A stretch of DNA of 64,000 bases, taken from contig CAZWVJ010000008.1 of assembly GCA_964636865.1 (NCBI GenBank), forward strand, positions 862 to 64,861, in the 5' to 3' direction. Below the pieces are notes generated by a model. The model saw only the letters and a list, made by a program, of their open reading frames with translations, was not told the DNA's origin and did no database searches. The position numbers and the translations under genes were made by a program. Source of the stretch: an uncultured Syntrophomonadaceae bacterium (GTDB lineage Bacteria > Bacillota > Dethiobacteria > DTU022 > PWGO01). Below are positions 19,627 to 29,276 of the stretch, one piece after another (position 1 is the stretch's first letter; each line of letters begins with the position of its first letter).

Positions 19627-19814
19627 GTTTATAAGAATATAAGTGATAGTAGGCGAAAAATTACGAGAAAAACAAGCAGAAATCCCACTGCTTTAGCTGT
19701 GGGAGTATGTCAATCAAATAGTGATAGTAATTTTGTCAAATATACTATAAAATGTAACAATAAAGAAGTGATAAATTGACAAAATAACTTTTAAAAAGTA
19801 CAAGGAGGTATAAA

Positions 19815-20150
19815 ATGCCCAGACCCCCGAAAAGACGCAGAGTAGAATTTATGCCCGAGGTTACATATTTTAAACCGGCAGGTGTCCCCTTGCGTGAGTT
19901 AGAAGATAAATCACTTAACATCGAAGAGCTGGAAGCTATACGTTTAAAGGATGTTGAAGGATTGGATCAACAGGATGGAGCTGACAAAATGAATGTATCC
20001 AGAGCTACTTTTCAGAAAGTACTAGTTTCTGCCCGTGCCAAAATTGCCGAAGCATTGGTTTACGGCAAAGCCATTAGGGTTGAGGGAGGAATATATTCTT
20101 ATAGAAACGATGCAGGTAGGCATAGACACGGCCACGGCCACAACAAATAA
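19815..20150 (+). CDS. DUF134 (UPF0251) small DNA-binding protein with His-rich tail
   Basis: [10 protein letters not shown]...YFKPAGVP N-terminus and [10 protein letters not shown]...[15 protein letters not shown]-like core are typical of DUF134. C-terminal HRHGHGH. AAGGAGG RBS. Confidence 0.8.
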   Translation: MPRPPKRRRVEFMPEVTYFKPAGVPLRELEDKSLNIEELEAIRLKDVEGLDQQDGADKMNVSRATFQKVLVSARAKIAEALVYGKAIRVEGGIYSYRNDAGRHRHGHGHNK

Positions 20151-20151
20151 A

Positions 20152-20196
20152 AAAGGTGTCAGACCTTGATATTGACATAGAATCCATATTATGAAA
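20152..20196 (+). repeat. intergenic repeat family A, copy 1
   Basis: AAAGGTGTCAGACCTTGATATTGACATAGAATCCATATTATGAAA starts 2 nt after the stop codon. By eye about 39 of 45 nt match the copy at 28932. Confidence 0.8.
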
Positions 20197-20270
20197 AACT
20201 TTTTCCTTCGGAGTATTTTCCTTCGTAAATTAATTATTAATCAAATCTGCAGTGAAACATTTCCGCTTTC

Positions 20271-20315
20271 GCTTCGCTTAGAAGCTGGAGCTTCCTGTTC
20301 AATATGGCTAATGCC
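20271..20315 (+). repeat. intergenic repeat family B, copy 1
   Basis: GCTTCgcttaGAAGC hairpin followed by GGAGCTTCCTGTTCAATATGGCTAATG. The core recurs at 38483-38509 with 3 mismatches. Confidence 0.7.
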
Positions 20316-20884
20316 ACTTAAATTTCCATTTTAGATTTTTTAGAATAAATTTTTCCTGGTTATTGTCAAGATAAGCTAAAAAGTATAAAATAATTATAAA
20401 ATTATAATAATTTAAAGTATGCCACATAAGTTACTCTTTTTGCTGCAACTTATATTTTATTCATATCTTATTCATAGAACTTCTCCCTTAAAACCCTGGA
20501 TAAATCCTCCCAGAAAATCTTTTTTAGTTGAAGCTTCTTCTTCCTAATTAATTTTGTAATACTGCTACATAATTCTTAATTAAAGCATGGAGGTGATGTT
20601 TTGGTTTCGCTATCCTAATTGAGAAGACGGAGAGGTGCGTTTATGGGGCAAATGGATAATATATAAATATTAATGAAAGTTACCTCTAATATGGCCAGTG
20701 AATCAATAGTTAAAGGAATGGAATTGGAAGTGTTTATATGGTTAATCCCGGGCAAAAGATAAGACAACAGGATAATATTGATAGCGAGAGGGGAGGTAAA
20801 ACTTGAATTATTCTTCTACTTAAAAATAGAAAAGGTGCGGTTTTCGGGGAGCGCCCAAATTTTATCCGAAGGGAGTGTTTTGTT

Positions 20885-22771
20885 ATGGCTGAAGAAAAAA
20901 TAGTTAAGAGTCAGGAGTTGGAAATATTTAGAAGGTCTACCCTGGGGGAAATTCTTTATACAGCGGTGAGAGTGGAACCTGAAGTGGTAGCTATTTCTTA
21001 CCGTGAACCGGGAAAAGAAAATTTTATCAGCCTTACTTATCTTGATTTGGGGAGAGAGGTAAAGGCTCTGGCAATGGGACTGCTTTACCTGGGAATCCAA
21101 AAAGGTGACAAAATCAGTATTTTGGCCGAAACACGGTACGAATGGCCCCTGGCAGATTTTGCGATTCTTACCACCGGTGGAGTTACCGTCACCATTTACC
21201 CTACTTTATCCCCTTCCTCGGTGGAATATATTATTAATGACTCGGATACCCAGATGCTTTTTGTGGAAGATCAGGAACAGCTGGACAAAGTAATGGAAGT
21301 TTCAGACAAAATATCTCATTTAAAATATATAATTACCATGGAAAAGACAGATAAGCCGTGGAGTAATATTTACACTTTGCAAGAAATCCAGGAAATGGGT
21401 AGAAATTATAATTATGATCCCTTCAAATACGATGAAGTACAGCAGAGCATTCATCCGGATGATTTATGCAGCATTGTTTATTCCAGCGGGACAACAGGTC
21501 AGCCCAAGGGTGTTATGTTATCTCATTGGAACTTCGTCTCTAACCTTTTTGCGCTGAGAGAAGTAGTGCAGTACTCCTCAGGTGATGATATGCTGGTTTT
21601 TTTGCCGTTTGCGCATGTATACATGCGTGTGGTCTATTTTGCCGCCTTGGCGGGTAGGCAAACATGTTACTTCAGCCGACCGGACAGGTTGGCCGAGGAT
21701 CTTCCCGTGGTAAGACCGGTGGTAATGACGGCAGTTCCCCGCCTGTGGGAAAGAGTTTACGACCGTATGGTACAGCGAGTAGAATCTTCCCGCATCACCC
21801 GCCGTCTCATTTTTTACTGGGCAGCCCGCATTGCTCGTGAAATGGGGCAGTATCGGAGCAAAAAAATTGAGCCACCGCCGCGGTTGAAAAGAAAGCACCG
21901 CCTGGCCGAGCGCATTGTCTACAAAAGACTTCGAGCAATGGCAGGGCTGGACCGCCTCAAAACCTGTGTATCGGCCGGCAGTGCCATGCCCAAAGACCTG
22001 GCCTATTTTTATAACGGCATAGGTTTCCCCCTTCTGGAGGGTTACGGATTGACCGAAACTGCCGCCCCGGCGAATATCAATCCTTCGCATGATTTTAGGC
22101 CCGGATCTATCGGCCCACCGTTGCCGGGCGTGGAGCAAAAAATTGCGGAAGACGGTGAAATTTTAATCCGAGGACATAACGTGATGATGGGTTATTACAA
22201 ATTGCCGGACGAAACGAAAGAATCTTTCACTGAGGATGGATGGTTGAAAACCGGCGACATCGGGGAATTTGACGAAGAGGGTTATCTTTATTTTAAAGAA
22301 AGGAAGAAACACCTTCTGGTCTTATCCACGGGCAAAAATGTAGCCCCCCTTCCCATTGAGGACAAACTGAAAGAAAGCCCCTGGGTGGAAGAGGCCGTGG
22401 TGATAGGCGATGATAAGAAGTATGTTTCTGCGTTGATTCAGCCCCAGTTTAGTAAGTTGCTTGATTTCGCCCGGACAAACGCTATTAATTTCGATGAAAA
22501 CCTTACCGAATATGCCCCGGACCAGGCTGGAGAAGAAGTTCCTGTAAAGGTCGACCCGGCTTTGCTTGCTCATGAAAAAGTGCAAGAGATATTCCGGCAG
22601 GCGGTTGAGGAAGCCAACCGCTTTTTCAATGACTTTGAACAGGTTAAAAAATTTCAACTTCTGGATAATGCAATTTCTCAGGAAAGAGGAGAATTAACTC
22701 CTACTTTAAAGATTAAGAGGAACATTATGGCATCTAATTATGGGGAATTAATTGACACATTATATGAGTAA
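20885..22771 (+). CDS. long-chain-type acyl-CoA synthetase (AMP-forming)
   Basis: AMP-binding motifs YSSGTTGQPKGV, EGYGLTE, TGDIG and a C-terminal PTLKIKR. 628 aa. Confidence 0.85.
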   Translation: MAEEKIVKSQELEIFRRSTLGEILYTAVRVEPEVVAISYREPGKENFISLTYLDLGREVKALAMGLLYLGIQKGDKISILAETRYEWPLADFAILTTGGVTVTIYPTLSPSSVEYIINDSDTQMLFVEDQEQLDKVMEVSDKISHLKYIITMEKTDKPWSNIYTLQEIQEMGRNYNYDPFKYDEVQQSIHPDDLCSIVYSSGTTGQPKGVMLSHWNFVSNLFALREVVQYSSGDDMLVFLPFAHVYMRVVYFAALAGRQTCYFSRPDRLAEDLPVVRPVVMTAVPRLWERVYDRMVQRVESSRITRRLIFYWAARIAREMGQYRSKKIEPPPRLKRKHRLAERIVYKRLRAMAGLDRLKTCVSAGSAMPKDLAYFYNGIGFPLLEGYGLTETAAPANINPSHDFRPGSIGPPLPGVEQKIAEDGEILIRGHNVMMGYYKLPDETKESFTEDGWLKTGDIGEFDEEGYLYFKERKKHLLVLSTGKNVAPLPIEDKLKESPWVEEAVVIGDDKKYVSALIQPQFSKLLDFARTNAINFDENLTEYAPDQAGEEVPVKVDPALLAHEKVQEIFRQAVEEANRFFNDFEQVKKFQLLDNAISQERGELTPTLKIKRNIMASNYGELIDTLYE

Positions 22772-23417
22772 AGTCATCTTTCCATAATGTGTTCACATTT
22801 CTCAATTCATGAGGTTTTATTGCTTAAAGTTATTTGTAGGGATGATTTTTATAGAATTACGTCCGAGAAAACCTTAAACTTTAGTCCGAAAAGTCGTCAC
22901 TTTCTTTATGTTCCGGTAATAAAAACGCCAATTCAAGGTACATAAGTATAAAGCATCCCTGGTTTTTTTTAACTAAAAATTTAAAAAAAATAATAAAAAT
23001 GTATTGCTAAAAAATACTTAAAGATATAAAATATTTATAAATTGCATAATATTCAAAAATGGTTGCAATTTCGAAGCTAACGAACATATCTAATTTCTCT
23101 CATTGTTTTGTAATATTTTCAGCTCCTAAATTATCTGCTTAATTATCACTATTAATAATTTTATCAAAGCAAAATTATTTTTAATATTTGCAGCTTAGTT
23201 CTCATAGTTTTCCTTTAATTAAATACTTATAGCGACGTCAGTTATCAGTTGGCAATAAATAAACAGGGGGTGGTATGATTTTTATATCTCCAAATTAATT
23301 ATATCCCCTTATTAAAGTTGCTGTTTTGATGTTTCTCTGAGAAATATTGGAAGTACACGAGGATGTTTTTATGCAACCCGTAATTTGTATTTTTGGAAAG
23401 GAGATAATTGGTTCATT

Positions 23418-24308
23418 ATGAGAGAAAAGCATGTAAGTGAACTTTTGAGAGAAAAGGTAGTTATTAGCTGCGCTTTAACCGGAGGAGCTACCATGAAATA
23501 TCAAAATGAATCGGTGCCTTATACTCCGGAAGAGTTTGCCGAGGAAAGCTACAAGTGTTGGCAGTCGGGCGCTTCTGTGGTGCATATCCATGTTAGAGAT
23601 CCGGACACCGGCATGGCCACAGAGGACATTGATTTAATAAGGCCCACTATAGAAGGCATTAGGGAAAGGTGCCCGGAATTGATTATTAATATGAGTTCGG
23701 CTATCCGCCCCTTCATATCGGCTGAAGAACGCATTTTTCCCATCAAAGAAATGCAACCGGATATGGCTTCTCTAAACACCAATTCCATGAATTTTGCCCT
23801 GGCGGATCATGCTACAGGTGAGATCAAGCTTGAATTTATTTTTGAAAACACTTTTCAAATGCTTTTTGATTTTGCATCAACGATGAGGGAAAACAAAGTA
23901 AAACCGGAATTAGAAGTTTATGATATGAGTGGTCTCTATAACGTTATGTTGGCCAATAAACAAAATATTTTGGATGATCCGTTGCACTTTCAATTTGTCT
24001 TTGGAGTGGCGGGAGGAGTGCCTTTTTCTCCCGGCAATTTAGCCCGCATGTATGAAGTACTTCCCGAAGGATCTTCCTGGTCTGTTTGTGGCGTAGGGCC
24101 TAACCAGATAGCTGCGGCGTATGCGGCCGCCGCTTATGGCGGGCATATACGCGTGGGCTTAGAAGACAACACCCGTATGTATAACCGGGAACTGGCTAAA
24201 GGTAATTATGAACAGGTAGAATGGGCCGTTAAGGTAACCGAACTGTGCGGGCGTGAAGTGGCTACTCCGGTAGAAGCCCGGGATATTTTTAACCTTTACA
24301 GCCGATAA
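23418..24308 (+). CDS. BKACE family (3-keto-5-aminohexanoate cleavage enzyme-like, DUF849) protein
   Basis: VISCALTGG, SGASVVHIHVRD and HIRVGLEDN motifs typical of BKACE TIM-barrel Zn enzymes. The start is uncertain (ATG at 23418 or TTG at 23385). Confidence 0.75.
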   Translation: MREKHVSELLREKVVISCALTGGATMKYQNESVPYTPEEFAEESYKCWQSGASVVHIHVRDPDTGMATEDIDLIRPTIEGIRERCPELIINMSSAIRPFISAEERIFPIKEMQPDMASLNTNSMNFALADHATGEIKLEFIFENTFQMLFDFASTMRENKVKPELEVYDMSGLYNVMLANKQNILDDPLHFQFVFGVAGGVPFSPGNLARMYEVLPEGSSWSVCGVGPNQIAAAYAAAAYGGHIRVGLEDNTRMYNRELAKGNYEQVEWAVKVTELCGREVATPVEARDIFNLYSR

Positions 24309-24368
24309 TGGCCCGGAAAAAAGATACCGGGAAATATTTTTGCTGGCAAATCCAAAGGAGGTAAATAC

Positions 24369-25511
24369 ATGGAAGATCATCCCATTTTTAATGAAGAGCA
24401 CAAAGCCATTAGAAAATCAATTCGCGAGTTTGTGGAAAAAGAACTGGCGCCGTATGCCGAAGAGTGGGAGGAGAATGAAGATTTTCCTTCCTCTGTGTTC
24501 CAGCGCATGGGAGAGTTGGGTTTTTTGGGGCTTCATATGCCCGAAGAATATGGCGGCCAGGGAGGCGATTATCTATCGGGAATTATACTGGCGGAGGAGA
24601 TGATGCGTTGTAATTCCGGGGGACTGGCCATGGCGGTAGGTGTGGTTACCGATATGGTCAGTCCTCTTTTGAACAAAGTGGGTTCTGAGGACATCAAGCA
24701 ACGATTTTTGGCCCCTACCCTGGCGGGGGAAAAAATTGGTTGCCTGGGCATAACCGAACCCGATGCGGGATCTGATGTTGCCTCTATTCGGACCACTGCC
24801 CAGAAAGACGGGGATAACTGGATTATTAACGGGCAAAAGATATTTATAACCAACGGGAACCGGGCTGATTATGCCATTGTAGTGGCTCGGGAACCCGGAT
24901 CCGAAGGGCCTCAGGGAGTTAGCTTGTTTGTTCTGGAAACTGATGATCCGGGATTTTCTGTATCCCGTAAACTGGATAAGGTGGGTATGCGCAGTTCTGA
25001 TACAGCGGAGCTTGCTTTCCAGGACTGTGTAGTGCCTGATGCTAATCGATTGGGAGAAGTCGGCCAGGGTTTTTACAATATCATGTGGGAACTTCAGCCG
25101 GAAAGGCTTTTCGGAGCTATTTCATCGGTAGCCGGAGCCCAGAGGACCTTGGATGCTACCCTTCTGTATGTGAAGGAGAGGAAGCAATTCGGAAGGCCCA
25201 TATTCAAATTTCAGGCCATTCGTCATCGTCTGGCGGAATTGGCCACCGAAATCGAAGCAGCCAGACAGTTGTCATACAATGTGGCCTCCAAGATCAACAT
25301 GGGTGAATTTCCCGCAAAGGAAATATCTATGGCCAAACTATTTGCCTCCAGGGTTTCTTTCAAAGTTGCCGACGAAGCCCTGCAGTTTCACGGCGGTTAC
25401 GGTTATATGATGGAGTATCCCATTCAAAGGGCCTGGCGGGACAGCCGCCTGGCTCGCATTGGCGGCGGGACGGATGAGGTTATGTTGGAGATAATATCCC
25501 GGTCTCTTTAA
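24369..25511 (+). CDS. acyl-CoA dehydrogenase
   Basis: GITEPDAGSD, FITNG and C-terminal GGYGYMMEYPIQRAWRDSR motifs. 380 aa. AAGGAGG RBS. Confidence 0.9.
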   Translation: MEDHPIFNEEHKAIRKSIREFVEKELAPYAEEWEENEDFPSSVFQRMGELGFLGLHMPEEYGGQGGDYLSGIILAEEMMRCNSGGLAMAVGVVTDMVSPLLNKVGSEDIKQRFLAPTLAGEKIGCLGITEPDAGSDVASIRTTAQKDGDNWIINGQKIFITNGNRADYAIVVAREPGSEGPQGVSLFVLETDDPGFSVSRKLDKVGMRSSDTAELAFQDCVVPDANRLGEVGQGFYNIMWELQPERLFGAISSVAGAQRTLDATLLYVKERKQFGRPIFKFQAIRHRLAELATEIEAARQLSYNVASKINMGEFPAKEISMAKLFASRVSFKVADEALQFHGGYGYMMEYPIQRAWRDSRLARIGGGTDEVMLEIISRSL

Positions 25512-25610
25512 TTAAGAATTAGCATCAACGGGAGTAGGGAGGTGAAAAGTTTTTCTTACATGAATCCATTAACTACTTCGTATATTTGACGATCCTAGGA
25601 GGTGATAAGA

Positions 25611-26753
25611 ATGAGTAAAATTGGAATTATTGGTTGCAGTCTTAGTGAGTTTCAGCCGGACATGGAAGATGTCGCCACCGGTCAGATCATTTTTGAAGTA
25701 ACTGAGGGAGTCTTGAAAAATGCGGGTCTGGATATTAAAGATATCGACCAGGTTATTTCTGCTTCTTGTGATACCATAGACGGCGTGTCCATTTCCAACG
25801 CTTTTTCCGCAGAGAACTACGGAGCTTTTATGAAAGAAGAGTCTAAGGTAGAAGAAGACGGGGCCTATGCCATGATGTATGCCTACTACCGTATGCTAAC
25901 GGGGCAGTGGAATAATTGTATAGTAGTGGCACATGGGAAAAATTCAGGTGTGGGGCCGGCTTTTTATGCCAATATGAGTTTTGACCCCCTTTACCTAAGG
26001 CCTTTGGGGCTGGAAGCAACTTCTGCGGCGGCATTGCAAGCCCAGGCCTATTACCGGAAGTATGGTGTCAGGGAAGAAGATACGGCCATGGTGGCTTCCA
26101 AAAACCGGGAAGCGGGAAGTAAAAATCCGCGGACCATGCTTCGTGAAAAAGTTAGCCCTCAGGATGTAATGAATTCTTCTTATGTGGTGGATCCCCTCAA
26201 AAAACTGGAAATTCCTCCGCTAACTGACGGAGCGGCTGCCATTATTCTGGCCCGAGAGGATTTTGCCCGTGGTGTGAAAAATGAACCGGTGTGGATAAAA
26301 GGGATAGGTTTTGCCCAGGACAGCTATTATCCCGGGCACAGAAACCTGGCCTTTTCGGATTCATGTCATGCTGCCGCCCGGATGGCTTATAACAGAGCCG
26401 GGCTCAAGGATCCTGTCAGGGAAGTGGATTTTGCTGAAGTGTATGAAGCGTGTGCTTTTTACGAATTAATGTTAAGTGAAAGCCTGGGTTTTTGCCCGGA
26501 AGGCAAAGGAAAGGAAATGATAGAGGAAGGTAATAGCAAAATAGATGGCAGTTTTCCTATAAATCCTTCGGGTGGAGCTCTTTGTGCCAATCCTATTATG
26601 GTTTCAGGCCTTGTAAGGGTAATAGAAAGCTACTTGCAGCTAACTGGTCAAGCCGGGGATAATCAGGTGCGGCGGAATAATGGAGCAGCTGTGGTACATG
26701 CATCTAGCGGGATGTTTTTGCAATCTAATCTGGTTTCGATATTGTCTATTTAA
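25611..26753 (+). CDS. thiolase-superfamily (SCP2-thiolase-like) protein, non-canonical active site
   Basis: Thiolase-fold length and an NPSGGAL motif. The expected nucleophile Cys, HDCF and GHP motifs read VEEDGAYAMMYAYY, EVYEACAF and CANP instead. The ATG at 25611 follows AGGAGG. Confidence 0.7.
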   Translation: MSKIGIIGCSLSEFQPDMEDVATGQIIFEVTEGVLKNAGLDIKDIDQVISASCDTIDGVSISNAFSAENYGAFMKEESKVEEDGAYAMMYAYYRMLTGQWNNCIVVAHGKNSGVGPAFYANMSFDPLYLRPLGLEATSAAALQAQAYYRKYGVREEDTAMVASKNREAGSKNPRTMLREKVSPQDVMNSSYVVDPLKKLEIPPLTDGAAAIILAREDFARGVKNEPVWIKGIGFAQDSYYPGHRNLAFSDSCHAAARMAYNRAGLKDPVREVDFAEVYEACAFYELMLSESLGFCPEGKGKEMIEEGNSKIDGSFPINPSGGALCANPIMVSGLVRVIESYLQLTGQAGDNQVRRNNGAAVVHASSGMFLQSNLVSILSI

Positions 26754-26779
26754 ACATGCACAGAAAAGGAGGTGGAAAA

Positions 26780-27943
26780 ATGGTTAATAATGTAGGCGTG
26801 GTAGGTATCGGAATGACGGAAAATAAGTCGTTTTGGAACCTAAGCATCCCCGCCCTTTATCGAAAAGGGGCTTTGTCAGCATATGAAGATTCCGGGTTAG
26901 GGCCTGCAGAAATAGATGCAGTAGTTTTCGGTCATTCCCCGGAATATTTTGAAGGAGTTAATCACCCCGAAAAATGGTGCGGCGAAGCCGTGGGGGTAGT
27001 TAACAAACCCCTGTTCCGAATTCATACGGGTGGCACTGTAGGAGGTTCTGCTGCTATTGGGGCTTACTACCTGGTGGCAAGCGGGGAATTTGACGTGGTT
27101 ATGGCCATATCCGGTAACAAGCTAAACGAAACATCTTCCGCTCAAATAGGCCTTTCCACAGTTTATGAACCCCTCATAGCGAGGAGAATGGGTGCGGGAG
27201 CCCCTTCAGCGGTGGCGTTACAGGCTTCTGCCTATTATGCCAAGTACGGATATGACGGAGAATATAGTTTAAAAGTTGCTGTAAAAAACCGGAATAATGC
27301 TGTGAATAACCCCTATGCCCAGCTGAGGATCCCGGACTATAACCTCGAGGGAGCAAGAGAAACTCCTATGTTGAGCTATCCCTTAAGGATGGCGGATATG
27401 TGTCCTACTTCTGATGCGGTTTGTGCTATGATATTTGCGCGGGAAGATAAGGTTAAAGAAATCACCGATAAACCGGCCTGGGTACTTGCAGCGGTATCCA
27501 CGAATGAAGGAGTTACCTATGCGGATAGGGACTGGGCCAAGCCCATCGGGCTGCGGCTTGCCGCGGATATAGCCTACGAGCGGGCCGGTATAAGCAATCC
27601 CCGGAAGGAAATAGATGTGGCTGAGGTTTATGACGCCTTTTCCGTGCAGGAGATGATTTGGTACGAGGGATTAAACTTCTGTGAGTGGGGAGAAGGCGGT
27701 AATCTCCTGGAGAGTGGAGCAACTCATATGGATGGAGATTTACCGGTTAACCCTTCCGGCGGAGTTTTATGTGCTAATTCCATTGGGGCGGCTGCTATGT
27801 TTCGCAAGGCAGAAGCGGCCCTCCAGGTTATGGGCAGAGCGGGTGACAGGCAGGTTCCGGGGGCGCAAATTTCTCTTGGTCATGGATGGGGCGGGGGGAT
27901 TCAGTTTCATACCGTGATGATCTTTTCCAGTAATATGCCTTGA
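26780..27943 (+). CDS. thiolase-superfamily (SCP2-thiolase-like) protein, non-canonical active site
   Basis: NPSGGVL motif and thiolase-like length. The expected catalytic positions read HTGGTVGGSAAIGAYY, EVYDAFSV and CANS. The ATG at 26780 follows AAGGAGGTGG. Confidence 0.7.
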   Translation: MVNNVGVVGIGMTENKSFWNLSIPALYRKGALSAYEDSGLGPAEIDAVVFGHSPEYFEGVNHPEKWCGEAVGVVNKPLFRIHTGGTVGGSAAIGAYYLVASGEFDVVMAISGNKLNETSSAQIGLSTVYEPLIARRMGAGAPSAVALQASAYYAKYGYDGEYSLKVAVKNRNNAVNNPYAQLRIPDYNLEGARETPMLSYPLRMADMCPTSDAVCAMIFAREDKVKEITDKPAWVLAAVSTNEGVTYADRDWAKPIGLRLAADIAYERAGISNPRKEIDVAEVYDAFSVQEMIWYEGLNFCEWGEGGNLLESGATHMDGDLPVNPSGGVLCANSIGAAAMFRKAEAALQVMGRAGDRQVPGAQISLGHGWGGGIQFHTVMIFSSNMP

Positions 27944-27957
27944 GGAGGTGAAAAACT

Positions 27958-28467
27958 ATGACAAAAATATCAAATTGGGATATAACCGTGCCTTACCAGT
28001 GGACACCCGGACCGGTTTTAGGAACTTTTTTGGGAGGCCTGCGGGAAAAAACCATCACCGGTGTAAAATGTAATTCTTGCGGCAAAATATATGTTCCTCC
28101 CCAGGATTTGTGCCGGGACTGCCTGGAAGACATGCAGGTGGAAAATTTTGTGGAAGTCAAGCCGGAAGGCACGGTAGAAGGGTTTGTTAAAATCAGGCAA
28201 AATTTTTTCGGAGAAAGGCCTTCGAAAGAATACCTTAGTGAAAGGATCAGCCCTGCCGATATTGATAAGCATCCTCTGTTATGGTTTCCGGAGACACCTT
28301 ATGTGGTGGCCATGATTAAATTAGACGGGGCGGACACCTGCATGCTGCACTTGGTGAAGGGAGCGGACATGGATAACCTGAAAATAGGTTCTCGAGTGGG
28401 GGCAGTTTGGAAAGAAGAAACCATTGGACATATAATGGACATTGATTGTTTTAAGATAACTGAATGA
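27958..28467 (+). CDS. DUF35 Zn-ribbon/OB-fold protein
   Basis: CNSCGKIYVPPQDLCRDC rubredoxin-like zinc ribbon followed by an OB-fold-like region. GAGGAGGTG RBS. Confidence 0.8.
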   Translation: MTKISNWDITVPYQWTPGPVLGTFLGGLREKTITGVKCNSCGKIYVPPQDLCRDCLEDMQVENFVEVKPEGTVEGFVKIRQNFFGERPSKEYLSERISPADIDKHPLLWFPETPYVVAMIKLDGADTCMLHLVKGADMDNLKIGSRVGAVWKEETIGHIMDIDCFKITE

Positions 28468-28481
28468 AGGGAGGGGGAAAA

Positions 28482-28928
28482 ATGTTCGAGCCTACAAGCA
28501 GGGTTATGCATACCTGGTATGTACCTTACAAGTGGTCTTATGGCCAGCGGGCTACTGAATTTTTAGAGTTGATGAGAAAAGAACAAAAAATCTTTTTTGG
28601 CCGTTGCACCAGTTGCAAAAAGGTTATTATTCCTACAGCTATCTGCGGAAGATGTTTTGCCCCATTGGAAGACGAGTTAGTGCCTTTAAACGATGAAGGG
28701 GTGTTGGAATGTTTTACCGTAGTATATCTTCCTTTTCCCACTCAGCCGGCCGAACCTCCTTATGCCTATGGCTACATCAGGCTGGATGGTTCTTCCAGCA
28801 CCATGCCGCATATTATTGATGAAGTGGATTATGATGATCTGAGAGTGGGCATGAGGGTAAAGGCAGTTTGGAGAGAGGAGCTAAAGGGTGACATTTACGA
28901 TATTAAATATTTCAAGCCGATAGATTAA
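28482..28928 (+). CDS. DUF35 Zn-ribbon/OB-fold protein (second copy)
   Basis: CTSCKKVIIPTAICGRC zinc ribbon followed by an OB-like C-terminus. The ATG at 28482 follows AGGGAGGGGG. Confidence 0.8.
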   Translation: MFEPTSRVMHTWYVPYKWSYGQRATEFLELMRKEQKIFFGRCTSCKKVIIPTAICGRCFAPLEDELVPLNDEGVLECFTVVYLPFPTQPAEPPYAYGYIRLDGSSSTMPHIIDEVDYDDLRVGMRVKAVWREELKGDIYDIKYFKPID

Positions 28929-28931
28929 CGG

Positions 28932-28976
28932 AAAGGTGTCAGGCCTTGACATTGACACATAATCCATATATTGAAA
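28932..28976 (+). repeat. intergenic repeat family A, copy 2
   Basis: AAAGGTGTCAGGCCTTGACATTGACACATAATCCATATATTGAAA starts 3 nt after the stop codon at 28928. Confidence 0.8.
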
Positions 28977-29007
28977 TATCTGAAGGCCGGCTTGCTTTAT
29001 TTCTTGT

Positions 29008-29218
29008 GTAACTACTCGGGCATATACTGCTGTGCCAAAGAGGATTGTTCTATAGTCTTATTTCGAGCCTTTGCGCCGCAGGGGGGCGGTTCTATTGTTT
29101 CCCTTCGGGCCTGAAATAAAGATCTTAGGCCTTTCGCCGCTTTGGTGATGCTATAACCGTCCCCTTGGCATGGCCTATCTTAGCTAAGTTTTATTTTGCC
29201 CTGAGTAGTTACTTTTTT
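29008..29218 (+). other. long-range stem enclosing about 174 nt and followed by T6; candidate structured RNA or repeat element
   Basis: GTAACTACTCGGGCA (29008-29022) pairs with TGCCCTGAGTAGTTAC (29197-29212), with one bulged T, then TTTTTT. The interior contains a CCCTTCGGG (UUCG-type) hairpin and GC-rich segments related to 30478-30530. Confidence 0.35.
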
Positions 29219-29276
29219 GTTTATGAATTATGGAAATAACGATCTAAAAAATTTTATGTTAATACCTCTATACAAT

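Noticed and set aside
19533-19702. Two similar palindromic repeats that might be a tiny CRISPR array
   Set aside because: There are only two copies and the second is degenerate. The spacing of about 145 nt is far too long for spacers. No cas genes are in the window. A promoter sits between them.
20589-20830. Mini-ORFs with SD-like sequences (MFWFRYPN at about 20596; MNYSST at about 20803) as leader peptides for the acyl-CoA ligase gene
   Set aside because: The SD-to-start spacing is poor for the first. I could find no convincing attenuator or terminator structure downstream. This is too speculative without transcript data.
22772-23417. Promoter-like hexamers (for example TTGCTA, 17-nt spacer, TAAAAT near 23004) in the 640-nt AT-rich spacer
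   Set aside because: In sequence this AT-rich, such matches arise by chance many times. There is no supporting conservation or transcript evidence, so I did not call a promoter.
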